Positions 46,101-56,569 of a stretch of 64,000 bases of DNA are shown here, one piece after another. Origin of the DNA: Vitrella brassicaformis CCMP3155 (Eukaryota; Protista; Chromerida); contig CDMY01000240.1 in the NCBI GenBank assembly GCA_001179505.1, forward strand, positions 62,001 to 126,000. Direction: 5' to 3'. Numbering within the stretch: the stretch's first letter is position 1; each line of letters begins with the position of its first letter. The notes beneath the pieces were generated by a model. The model had not been told where the DNA came from and did not search any database. It saw only the letters and a list, made by a program, of their open reading frames with translations. A program made the position numbers and the translations under genes.

Positions 46101-47636
46101 GTTGATCAGCGCAGTGGGTGGACAATTGGCGTCATGCCTGTGAGTGAGTGAGCAGAGACACCAGAGAGAGAGATGCAGACATGAAGGCCTCTGTGCTGTG
46201 TGCTGTGTGTTAACTGCGCACCAGGACAGCTAAATGGAGCCGCTCGGTTGATCAGCGCAGTGGGTGGACAATTGGCGTCATGCCTGTGAGTGAGTGAGTG
46301 AGCAGAGACACCAGAGAGAGAGATGCAGACATGAAGGCCTCTGTGCTGTGTGCTGTGTATTAACTGCGCACCAGGACAGCTAGATGGAGCCGCTTGGTTG
46401 ATCAGCGCAGTGGGTGGACAATTGGCGTCATGCCTGTGAGTGAGTGAGTGAGCAGAGAGACAGAGCAAGCCCTTCCCTCCAATGCTCCATCCACCCCCCC
46501 TCCCTCCATCCTCATCACTTGTCTGTCCACCGCCCCTCCCTCCACTGCTCCTTGTCTCTCTCGCTACTCCATCCCTTCCTCCTTATCGTATCTCTCTCTC
46601 TGTCTGTCCACCGCTCACCACCGCACTCACTCGACTGGCTGCGATGCGATGTATCCCTTTCTGTCTGCAGCCGTCTGCTCTCTCGGCAACCAACCGACCA
46701 ACCGACCAACCGACCAGCCAACCAACCAACCAACCAACCAACCAGCTACGAATGCGATTCAGCTATCTATGTGTCTGTCTGTTGGTCTGTCTGCGGCCCA
46801 TCCACCCCGACAACCCCACCACTGACGGACGGCCTCTGCTCACGGTCCACCACCGACTACGACCCCTTGCTTGCGACAGAAGGCTATGCTATCTATCTCC
46901 TTCTTCCCGCCACCGCCACCCTCCTCCGCTGCCTCGATCGCCGCCTGTCCGCCTCCTGAGCCGTGACGCCGACGTAGGACCCCATCTCTCCCAGCAGCCG
47001 CTTCTCCATCAGCCGCGGGCATTTCCTCACTCCGGCGTCCCTCTCCTCGGGCGGCAGCAGGTTGTCCATCATCTCCACAGCCTCCCTCTGACGCTTCCTG
47101 TTGCCCGCCGCCTCCTGTGCAGTCAGCTTGGCGTAGTTCATGTCTCTCATAGTGTGGTCGATCTGCTGCTGCATAGCTGCGATGCGCTTCGAAGCCCGCA
47201 CAGGGGCGGCNNNNNNNNNNNNNNNNNNNNNNNNNNNNNNNNNNNNNNNNNNNNNNNNNNNNNNNNNNNNNNNNNNNNNNNNNNNNNNNNNNNNNNNNNN
47301 NNNNNNNNNNNNNNNNNNNNNNNNNNNNNNNNNNNNNNNNNNNNNNNNNNNNNNNNNNNNNNNNNNNNNNNNNNNNNNNNNNNNNNNNNNNNNNNNNNNN
47401 NNNNNNNNNNNNNNNNNNNNNNNNNNNNNNNNNNNNNNNNNNNNNNNNNNNNNNNNNNNNNNNNNNNNNNNNNNNNNNNNNNNNNNNNNNNNNNNNNNNN
47501 NNNNNNNNNNGTGAGTGAGTGAGCAGAGACACCAGAGAGAGAGATGCAGACATGAAGGCCTCTGTGCTGTGTGCTGTGTGTTAACTGCGCACCAGGACAG
47601 CTAGATGGAGCCGCTCGGTTGATCAGCGCAGTGGAG
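44464..47636. repeat. ~150-bp minisatellite in three blocks (44464-44798, 45775-46458, 47511-47636)
   Basis: The unit catgcctgtgagtgagtgagtgagcagagacaccagagagagagatgcagacatgaaggcctc...ggacaattggcgt starts at 44464, 44614, 44764, 45775, 45983, 46133, 46279 and 46429. There is one internal 58-bp partial duplication at ~45920. Confidence 0.95.
46893..47210 (-). CDS. Protein kinase paralogue K1, 3' end only (rest in gap)
   Basis: Near-identical to 48113-48430, including ~430 bp of 3' flank. Confidence 0.7.
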   Translation of the reverse strand, partial: AAPVRASKRIAAMQQQIDHTMRDMNYAKLTAQEAAGNRKRQREAVEMMDNLLPPEERDAGVRKCPRLMEKRLLGEMGSYVGVTAQEADRRRSRQRRRVAVAGRRR

Positions 47637-48112
47637 AAGGCACACGTAAGACAGAGAGATAGACAGAAAGACGATACAGACAGAGCAAGCCCTTCCCTCC
47701 AATGCTCCATCCACCCCCCCTCCCTCCATCCTCATCACTTGTCTGTCCACCGCCCCTCCCTCCACTGCTCCTTGTCTCTCTCGCTACTCCATCCCTCCCT
47801 CCTTATCGTATCTCTCTCTCTGTCTGTCCACCGCTCACCACCGCACTCACTCGACTGGCTGCGATGCGATGTATCCCTTTCTGTCTGCAGCCGTCTGCTC
47901 TCTCGGCAACCAAGCGACCAACCGACCAACCGACCAGCCAACCAACCAACCAACCAACCGACCAGCTACGAATGCGATTCAGCTATCTATGTGTCTGTCT
48001 GTTGGTCTGTCTGCGGCCCATCCACCCCGCCAACCCCACCACTGACGGACGGCCTCTGCTCACGGTCCACCACCGACTACGACCCCTTGCTTGCGACAGG
48101 AGGCTATGCTAT

Positions 48113-49534
48113 CTATCTCCTTCTTCCCGCCACCGCCACCCTCCTCCTCTGCCTCGATCGCCGCCTGTCCGCCTCCTGGGCCGTGACGCCGACGTAGGAT
48201 CCCATCTCTCCCAGCAGCCGCTTCTCCATCAGCCGCGGGCATTTCCTCACCCCGGCGTCCCTCTCCTCGGGCGGCAGCAGGTCCTCCATCATCTCCACAG
48301 CCTCCCTCTGACGCTTCCTGTTGCCCGCCGCCTCCTGTGCAGTCAGCTTGGCGTAGTTCATGTCTCTCATAGTGTGGTCGATCTGCTGCTGCATAGCTGC
48401 GATGCGCTTCGAAGCCCGCACAGGAGCGGCTTCCTCGCGGCTCCGCTTGCGGTTGCCCTGGTGGACGGCAGGGGGTGGTGCGACGGGCGCTGGGGGTGAG
48501 GGTGGGGGCGGTGCTGGGGGTGGGATGAGTGGCAGGAGAGCGGGGGGAGGAAGGATCGGTGGGGCGAGTGGGGCGATGGGCGCTGGCGGCGGTAGGGGTG
48601 CGGGCGGGGCAGGTGGCGGGTTCAGAGGGGCGCCTGTCAGCCACGGGTGTGCGGAGAGCTGGTCGGCGCTGTAGCGGGTGTCGGGGTTGTGGTGCAATGC
48701 ACTGAAATGGACAAACACCAGCGAACAGAAAGAAGGGGAGTGAGTTCATGATGTCTGCAAGCCATTGGCGTTTGTGTGTGGTGTGTGCGTACTGGTAGAA
48801 GAAGTCAAGCTCCTCCGGCGTGATGTTGAGCTGCGGTCGCAGCGCCGTCATGCGCGCCTCCAGCTCGGCCTTGACCTCCTGCTCCGTCTTGACCTGGCCA
48901 CCGACCTGCCCCTGCACGAAATGGAGAGACAGAGACAGGCACCAGGGACGTGTGTCTCCACACATATCTGTCCTTGGCTTCCCTCTGCCTCTCTGCCTGG
49001 CTTACGAGGATGTGCTGCGCCTGATGGTGTGCGTCGGCGCGCCACATCCCTCCGTGCGGTGTGGGCGGGCCGTACACATCTATCATCTCCCGCAAGGCCT
49101 CAGCATTGTTGGCCACGTCCACCGCCTGCCCGTTGACCACCCTCTGGCCAAAGGGCGAGCGCTCGTATGCGGTCCAGAACAACAGCTGGCCCAGGGCGCT
49201 GATGTCGGCCTTGAGGCCGTACTGTTGCTTCAGCAGCACCTCCGTCCGCCGGAATCCCCGGACCCACTGCACAAGCCGACGGAACCAAGCCAATGAGAGA
49301 CAACGGCCATGCGTGCGCGTCGCTTTCTTGCGATTGCGCGTGTGTCTGTCTGCTTACTGAGTTCAGGTCTGCGGGGTACCACTGTTCGCCCATCTCCTTG
49401 AAGCACCCCAGGTCGATGAGGCGCACCCTCCCATCGGCACCCACCACCACGTTGTCCATCTTGTGGTCGCGATATATCACTGTATCCATCACACACACAC
49501 ACACACGCGTGAGAAGGTCAAGGAGTGATCCTGC
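48113..49534 (-). CDS. Divergent Ser/Thr protein kinase paralogue K2, C-terminal half
   Basis: VIYRDHKMDN (catalytic loop), RLIDLG (DFG equivalent), FRRTE (APE equivalent), ADISALG and RYSADQLSAHPWL, followed by a Pro-rich linker and a basic tail. The 5' half is lost in the gap. Confidence 0.8.
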
Positions 49535-49834
49535 NNNNNNNNNNNNNNNNNNNNNNNNNNNNNNNNNNNNNNNNNNNNNNNNNNNNNNNNNNNNNNNNNN
49601 NNNNNNNNNNNNNNNNNNNNNNNNNNNNNNNNNNNNNNNNNNNNNNNNNNNNNNNNNNNNNNNNNNNNNNNNNNNNNNNNNNNNNNNNNNNNNNNNNNNN
49701 NNNNNNNNNNNNNNNNNNNNNNNNNNNNNNNNNNNNNNNNNNNNNNNNNNNNNNNNNNNNNNNNNNNNNNNNNNNNNNNNNNNNNNNNNNNNNNNNNNNN
49801 NNNNNNNNNNNNNNNNNNNNNNNNNNNNNNNNNN

Positions 49835-51413
49835 GTGCGGAGAGCTGGTCGGCGCTGTAGCGGGTGTCGGGGTTGTGGTGCAATGCACTGAAATGGACAA
49901 ACACCAGCGAAAAGAAAGAAGGGGAGTGAGTTCATGATGTCTGCAAGCCATTGGCGTGTGTGTGTGGTGTGTGCGTACCGGTAGAAGAAGTCAAGCTCCT
50001 CCGGCGTGATGTTGAGCTGCGGTCGCAGCGCCGTCATACGCGCCTCCAGCTCGGCCTTGACCTCCTGCTCCGTCTTGACCTGGCCACCGACCTGCCCCTG
50101 CACGAAATGGAGAGACAGAGACAGGCACTTGGGACGTGTGTCTCCACACATATCTGTCCTTGGCTTCCCTCTGCCTCTCTGCCTGGCTTACGAGGATGTG
50201 CTGCGCCTGATGGTGTGCGTCGGCGCGCCACATCCCTCCGTGCGGTGTGGGCGGGCCGTACACATCTATCATCTCCCGCAAGGCCTCAGCATTGTTGGCC
50301 ACGTCCACCGCCTACCCGTTGACCACCCTCTGGCCAAAGGGCGAGCGGTCGTATGCGGTCCAGAACAACAGCTGGCCCAGGGCGCTGATGTCGGCCTTGA
50401 GGCCGTACTGTTGCTTCAGCAGCACCTCCGTCGGCCGGAATTCTCGGACCCACTGCACAAGCCGACGGAACCAAGCCAATGAGAGACAACGGCCATGCGT
50501 GCGCGTCGCTTTCTTGCGATTGCGCGTGTGTGTGTCTGCTTACTGAGTTCAGGTCTGCGGGGTACCCCTGTTCGCCCATCTCCTTGAAGCACCCCAGGTC
50601 GATGAGGCGCACCATCCCATCGGCACCCACCACCACGTTGTCCATCTTGTGGTCGCGATATATCACTGTATCCATCACACACACACACACACACGTGAGA
50701 AGGTCAAGGAGTGATCCTGCCTTTTTTCCTCTCTCCTCTATCTGATGTGGCGGCTCTCCTCACCTCCTGCCCTGTGCAGCGCCCTGTGTGCGTTGACGAG
50801 CTGGCTGCTGATGTCCCTGACCTCGTTGCGCGGCAGTCCGTCCTGCCGGTGGTCCCACAGCTTCGTGTCGAGCGTGGGGCCGCCGTACTCTATGATCAGG
50901 TAGGCCCTGTCCTCGAAGGGGTCGTCCACGAAGCCCAACGACGACATCACATTGGGACAGTTTTTGATGTCGGGGAGCTCTATGATCATATGCTCAACTG
51001 AATTGAAAAAGGATCACATTCAGCAGCAGATACGTACTGTTTCCATGTTGACGTCGCTTACGCTCGAGCACGTTGGCAAACTGGCCGCTATTCTGCATCT
51101 GCGCAAGCACAACACAACCGGCCACGTACGAGAGGAAATGAGCCATGTATGTGTGACGCAACGCACCCACTAATGCCCCGCTCTCTGTGCCCATGGATTG
51201 CATGCTTACCATCTTGACGACGAGTTCGGGTCCTCTGGGTACGCCCTGGAGGTCCTCGCCGCCATCGATGTCTGGTGCCGCCCCCTTTGCATTGGCACAC
51301 GCTTGCCAGGTCACTCCGTACCCGCCCGCTCCCAAATGACGAATAGTATTGAAGTTGTGGACGATGAAGGCCGGAACTTGCGGCGCTGCCGCCGCCGCCG
51401 CCGGATGAGCCAT
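49835..51413 (-). pseudogene. Protein kinase paralogue K3; in-frame TAG where K2 has CAG
   Basis: [10 protein letters not shown] Gly-loop, LVVKM, YLIIEYGG and YRDHKMDN...DLG. TAG at 50312-50314 (aac ggg tag gcg) vs aac ggg cag gcg in K2. The 3' end is in the gap. Confidence 0.7.
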
Positions 51414-52093
51414 CTCCGCAGGCAAGAGGGACAACTCGATGAGGCGGAAGCGATGCGACAGAGACTTTGCGAAGAAATGACGCAACCAGCAGAGAGAAAA
51501 GAGAGCTTTCTGCTGTAAGCTGACTCGGCCGAAGCGAAGAACAGAGAGAACGCCATTTTCGCGAAAGCCGTCTCCGTCTCAAATTCTCGCCAAAACGGAA
51601 ATTTACCTCCTGGCAACATTGCTGTCGGATGCCAGCTCTGTCCACACGTGTGGACAATCGGTGTGTGCCTGCACGTGGAAGCCACCTCTTTCTGACATAT
51701 ATGCTGTCGACAGGCGCCACGCGACATCTAACTTACAAAGGGAGAGAGAGGGTTCGGCGATGTATCAATCGTGAGGAAGAAACGAATCGGCTGCAGAGAT
51801 GAATGACGACAGCCAGCAGCCAACTTGAGATGCCCTGCTGACAACGGACACCCTCGAGATCACGGCAGACAGAGCCCCCCACTCGTTCAACGAACAAACA
51901 CCAGACAGACAGACAGACAGGCAATGACAGAGGGCGAGCTCACGCAGAGACATCAGACGGCCACACACGCATGCAGGAGACCTCACTATCAACACACACG
52001 GGCGGGCGTCCGTCGCTACGCCGCACAAAAACCCTCACTCGTCAGCTGGCTCGTCGGCTGCGCCCGCATTCGTCCCATCAGAGACTGATTGTC
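51414..52093. repeat. Kinase upstream block, copy 1 (also at 52888-53565 and 63546-64000)
   Basis: ~680 bp is near-identical between the first two copies. The third copy has small deletions and substitutions. Confidence 0.9.
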
Positions 52094-52393
52094 NNNNNNN
52101 NNNNNNNNNNNNNNNNNNNNNNNNNNNNNNNNNNNNNNNNNNNNNNNNNNNNNNNNNNNNNNNNNNNNNNNNNNNNNNNNNNNNNNNNNNNNNNNNNNNN
52201 NNNNNNNNNNNNNNNNNNNNNNNNNNNNNNNNNNNNNNNNNNNNNNNNNNNNNNNNNNNNNNNNNNNNNNNNNNNNNNNNNNNNNNNNNNNNNNNNNNNN
52301 NNNNNNNNNNNNNNNNNNNNNNNNNNNNNNNNNNNNNNNNNNNNNNNNNNNNNNNNNNNNNNNNNNNNNNNNNNNNNNNNNNNNNNNNNNNNN

Positions 52394-52656
52394 GCCAGCC
52401 AGGCGAGAGAGCACCTCCCCTACGCCAATGGGGCGGACGCCAGGGCATTTGTCGACAGCGATGAGGCGGCACGCTCGCAGGGCCTTGATGTTGTCCCATG
52501 GGACGATGGTGTTGGCCAGGGTAGAGACGAGCGAGGCCACAGCCGCGCGGAGGCGGCCGCTCTTGGCACCGTATCGGAGGAGGAAGGTCTGCCAGAAGTT
52601 CGCATCGCCACCGGTCGGTCCAGCGCTCCCACTGAGGCTCCGTGCCGCTCGCCCAC
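52394..52656 (-). mobile_element. Non-LTR retrotransposon reverse-transcriptase-region fragment, CRE-clade-like, 5'-truncated
   Basis: Translation [13 protein letters not shown]...[26 protein letters not shown] matches the RL.A.DK..GVRPIG.GE..RR signature at the start of CRE/SLACS-like RT domains. It continues into a gap. Confidence 0.75.
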
Positions 52657-52683
52657 GGATTGCCCAATGGATTGCATGCTTAC

Positions 52684-52887
52684 CATCTTGACGACGAGTT
52701 CGGGTCCTCTGGGTACGCCCTGGAGGTCCTCGTCGCCATCGATGTCTGGTGCCGCCCCCTCTGCATTGGCACACGCTTGCCAGGTCACTCCGTACCCGCC
52801 CGCTCCCAAATGACGAATAGTATTGAAGTTGTGGACGATGAAGGCCGGAACTTGCGGCGCTGCCGCCGCCGCCGCCGGATGAGCCAT
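52684..52887 (-). pseudogene. Protein kinase paralogue K4, exon 1 only
   Basis: Near-identical to K3 exon 1 ([12 protein letters not shown]...LVVKM|gtaagc). Intron 1 switches to RT sequence after ~25 nt. Confidence 0.75.
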
Positions 52888-53562
52888 CTCCGCAGGCAAG
52901 AGGGACAACTCGATGAGGCGGAAGCGATGCGACAGAGACTTTGCGAAGAGATGACGCAACCAGCAGAGAGAAAAGAGAGCTTTCTGCCGTGAGCTGACTC
53001 AGCCGAAGCGAAGAACAGAGAGAACGCCATTTTCGCGAAAGCCGTCTCCGTCTCAAATTCTCGCCAAAACGGAAATTTACCTCCTGGCAACATTGCTGTC
53101 GGATGCCAGCTCTGTCCACACGTGTGGACAATCGGTGTGTGCCTGCACGTGGAAGCCACCTCTTTCTGACATATATGCTGTCGACAGGCGCCACGCGACA
53201 TCTAACTTACAAAGGGAGAGAGAGGGTTCGGCGATGTATCAATCGTGAGGAAGAAACGAATCGGCTGCAGAGATGAATGACGACAGCCAGCAGCCAACTT
53301 GAGATGCCCTGCTGACAACGGACACCCTCGAGATCACGGCAGACAGAGCCCCCCACTCGTTCAACGAACAAACACCAGACAGACAGACAGACAGGCAATG
53401 ACAGAGGGCGAGCTCACGCAGAGACATCAGACGGCCACACACGCATGCAGGAGACCTCACTATCAACACACACGGGCGGGCGTCCGTCGCTACGCCGCAC
53501 AAAAACCCTCACTCGTCAGCTGGCTCGTCGGCTGCGCCCGCATTCGTCCCATCAGAGACTGA

Positions 53563-53934
53563 TTGTCTTACCGTTCTGCTTCTGCTGCATCCCGGCGTGT
53601 GTGTGAGCTGCTGGCGGCCCCTCCCAGCAAAGTGGCACAGAAGGGGGCGGGGGTGTTCGACAGGAAGTGGCCGTGGTCTTCCGGGGAGGGGCATTAGCGC
53701 CTGGTGGTGTTTGGCAGCGAGGTGGTGGGGGACGAGCATATGGCGGTCATTCAGCTGACCTTCCAGCAGAGTCCTCGTGATGTCTTCATCTACTCAACCG
53801 AGCCGGCCCCCCACGATCAGACGTGCACTGCCGTGATGAGAGTGATGGGAGAGTACCTGGGGGGCATGGTGTGGCGGAGGGAGAATGAGGACAGGCAAGC
53901 GACGGCCAACACGAGGAGATGCACTGTGATGTGA
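53563..53934 (+). pseudogene. Superfamily type III 3' fragment (G3)
   Basis: SYRSASAASRRVCELLAAPPS...H*RLVVFGSEV...RRCTVM* aligns with the G1/G2 C-termini and carries an in-frame TAG at 53695-53697. About 300 bp of 3' flank is shared with G2. Confidence 0.75.
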
Positions 53935-54711
53935 TAGGGGGCTTTGCCGTAAGCGTGTCGATTGTCCGTGATAGAGGGATGCATTACTGGTGGTGTGCGG
54001 GAGGGTCAGTCCACAGACTTTGGTCGTCGTTTCTAAGGACAGACAGACAGACACGCAACGGTTTTTTTCTCTCTGCCCGTCTGTTTGCATGGGCCTCTGT
54101 GTTCGTTCCCTTGGCTGCATCCTGCGAATGTCTGTCTGGTGAGTGAGGCATTGAATAAGGTGACTGACGTGTGTCTGTGTTGATGGCACACCTGAGTGAA
54201 TGAGCCCCGTATCAGTTGATGGGCAAAATGAAGGACGGTGAGTGGTTCTGCTGGCTGATGGGTCCATATGTCGGCCAGACGCACACAGATCAACACATCA
54301 ACTAAGCCGCTCGCACTCACACACACACGTGTGACGACAGACACACACACCACAACCATCGATAAGCCTCTGTCTGTCCGTCAGGCCTTGATCAACATTA
54401 ATTACACTTCTCTCTTCACAGCCAACCAGATGGAAGAGAAAAACTTCCTGTGACTGGATCGACTGATGTGCATCGATCTTCGCGGCTTTAGTCATTCACT
54501 CATGAGAGTAAAGCCATGCAGTCAAGTGAGTGAGTCTGACTATAAGTCTGACGGTCAGGCGGTCGTGAGCCGTCCGTCTACCCATCCACGGCACATGTGC
54601 ACCCAGTGGTGGAAGTGCCCCATGTCGAAATACAATCATTTTCCTTCCACCACTGCTCGTCGACACACACAGCACATTAAACGCACCACCAGCACCCTAT
54701 GCTCCGTCCCC

Positions 54712-55784
54712 TCACCCCACCACCCGCCTCCTGTCGATGACGTCGCTCTCCAGCTCGAATCGCCGCAGCACACAACGCCACAGGGGCTCCGAAGTGGGGA
54801 AGCGGTCGGTGAGCGATGCAGGTGGAACAGCAGTTGGTGCCTCGGTCGTCCACAGGTCGATGTCACCGTCCTCCACCGAGATATAGGCAACGACACTCTC
54901 GTTGGGTCGGAAGCCGCTGACAATCACATGGTGACAGTCTTCCGCATTCGCAGCATACCGATTGCCCCGGTCGAAGCGGAAGTCGACAGCGATCCCCTGA
55001 TCCTCTGTGATGGCGTCGGTCCTCAGCAGACGGCCATACCGCCGGTTGTCACGGCCGATATTTGCTGCGAGCACCCTCCTGTGACCCACTCCCTCTTCAT
55101 GTGACCAGCTGAGAAGCGCGTGAAGTAGAAATGCCTAGAATGAGTGATAGAGATTGGCGCTCGTGCGGATGACGGGATCGGTCCTCTTGTAGCCGTCAGC
55201 GTAGCGATGGGCGCCCGGCAGCTCACCCAACGGCACCACACGAAACAACTCATTGCCGATCCGATAGAGTCCGTCGTCGGATTGCTGCAGTGCCAGACTG
55301 ACCCCTGTGTGTGTGAGTTGGTGGCCGAAGGTCTTGTAGATGGCCATGGCGAGTGGCAGCTGGTGGAAGGCCGTGGCTGTGGGCAGCGAGTCAGCCGACA
55401 GACGGAGAGGACGCGTCGCATTGGGGGTCAGCCGGTAGATGAAGGCCATCCGAAGGAACCGCCCCATCGCCCGCCACTCCTCGCCACCAGCACATAGATC
55501 ACCTTCAAACCGGCCTCCACATCACCGCCAACGTCGAACGCCAACACGTCCGCCAGCCCTAGACGACTGATCTGCTCATGCACGCGGCGCCTCACCTCAC
55601 AGAGCATCGTGTCGACATCATCGGGATGGCTGCCGCTGATCTGTGAGCGGAGAGCGGCGCGTCTGTTGGGATCAGTGGACATGGCCATTTCAGCCGCCTT
55701 GCTGATGGCGATGCTGCGCAGAAGCGGGACTGCCGGCGGGGCGGTGTGGCCATTGGGAGGGGGAGGGTGGGCAGAGGACGCCAT
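54712..55784 (-). pseudogene. Superfamily type II, copy E; deletion frameshift plus in-frame TAG
   Basis: Three ORFs (55428-55784, 55135-55467, 54712-55089) tile copy D. There is an ~10-bp deletion near 55480 and a TAG at 55135-55137 where paralogues have TCG. It ends DVIDRRRVVG*. Confidence 0.8.
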
Positions 55785-56569
55785 CAGTCAGTCAACTGAT
55801 CTGAATCAATGACACACACAAAGTGGCAATCAGTGCTTCCGAAATTAGTGTGCGTGTGTGTGCTCACCTCAAAACACTTGGCTATCAACGAATCTCTGTC
55901 AGCAGCCCAACACCAGACGGCTGCCGGCACACACACAGCAGCGTGGACAGCGGGGGGTACACAAGCATCCATCAGACGAGGAAGTCGTCAGACGAGCCAC
56001 TGACCGTCAGCAATGGCCACCAGCGGACCAAATGAAACAATGGCGTGGCTATGTGGCCGTCGTCGTCAGCGAGCCAACGGGGCACTGTGGGAGATCTGCA
56101 GCCACCACAAACAAAACACCAACCAGCAGCTGACTGAAGCATTTCAACGCTTCAGCTGCCTCTTTCGCTGCCACCTTACCCTCTCTGAGCGTCTTCAGAG
56201 CATCGCCACCGTATGATCTAAGCAGAGCACAAGACAATCCAACTACAGCCTCATCAGAAGGATAGGTCATATTCAATCCGACCTGCACACACCAGACAAA
56301 CCACACAAGCAACACAAGAAACCAAGCAGCCAACCGGTGAGTGCGCACGGATCAGTGTGCGCTTTTGTTTTGATTCGGTGCCTTCTACCTGAGACAGCAT
56401 CTGATTCACTGCCATCTCCCGTTTCTTTCTCTTGCGAGCTCAAAAGTGTCGGATTCCGAGCTTGCAAAAATGGCGCGGTGTTTTTGTGCTGATGAGGCGT
56501 GTATGAGGACTGTTGTGTAGATCCATCCATCCCATATCATATCAGTGAGTGAGTGAAGAGATCCGTCCG

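Noticed and set aside
44464-46458. Regularly spaced repeats as a CRISPR array
   Set aside because: The units are repeated along their whole 150 bp with no unique spacers, there are no cas genes, and the context is eukaryotic.
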